64,000 nt of DNA from Gonapodya sp. JEL0774. Its lineage: Eukaryota. This document shows positions 63,763-64,000 of the stretch, piece after piece. Position 1 is the stretch's first letter, and every line of letters begins with the position of its first letter. The notes under the pieces were generated by a model. That model was not told the DNA's origin and ran no database searches. It was given only the letters and a program-made list of their open reading frames with translations. The stretch lies in the NCBI GenBank assembly GCA_027604505.1, contig JADIIX010000005.1, forward strand, positions 248,001 to 312,000, written 5' to 3'. Both the position numbers and the translations under genes were made by a program.

Positions 63763-64000
63763 CGCACGTCCTGATCCACAGCGATCTCGGTCTGTCCGCT
63801 GTTGGTGGAGCGTGTACAAATGTCCCCAGGGCGGTGTGCAAGGGCACCCGTACTCACATCCGCTTCTGTGGTCGCACTCGGCCCTCCTGTTTTGTTTGTT
63901 AAAATCGTACCCCAAGAACGGAAACGAAACCAACCAACCAACAAAAAAGAGGAGATCAATCCCATACAGTACAGACACGGAAGCATCAGTCATCGTTCTC

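Noticed and set aside
61589..63847. Long alternative-frame ORFs (377, 318 and 502 aa)
   Set aside because: These result from stop-codon scarcity in GC-rich repeats overlapping the Wee1-like N-terminal exon.

Overview
Eukaryotic, intron-rich, very gene-dense DNA, most likely from an early-diverging (chytrid-like) fungus. This is an inference from the fungal-type housekeeping genes, short introns with CTRAC-like branch points, and retention of an animal-type phenylalanine hydroxylase and NRDE-2. The ORF track is fragmentary because of introns, so I assembled about 21 spliced genes by hand. In order: ANKRD16-like ankyrin gene (partial), BCKDH E1-alpha, a bacterial-type penicillin/AHL acylase (S45), COY1/CASP, a DsbA/thioredoxin-like CPYS protein, MED14, Xaa-Pro aminopeptidase, PAH, HUB1, CCT2, VPS74, SEC17, NTO1/BRPF, CEX1/SCYL1, SHE9, NAP1, NRDE-2, WDR59/SEA3, complex I 9.5 kDa subunit, GCV2 and a Wee1-like kinase. 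CDS coordinates are first-to-last codon spans including introns, and exon boundaries were read by eye. I saw no rRNA, tRNA, CRISPR array or transposon. Most notable: (1) an intronised bacterial-type acylase placed head-to-head with a divergent BCKDH E1-alpha; (2) the SHE9 stop only 8 nt from the CEX1 start; (3) a HUB1 intron with a ~290-nt AG-free zone, next to a CCT2 GCAAGT (GC-AG) donor; (4) PAH with a mitochondrial-type presequence; (5) a catalytic CPYS on a skippable 15-nt microexon; (6) a Wee1 kinase lacking visible subdomains I-II.
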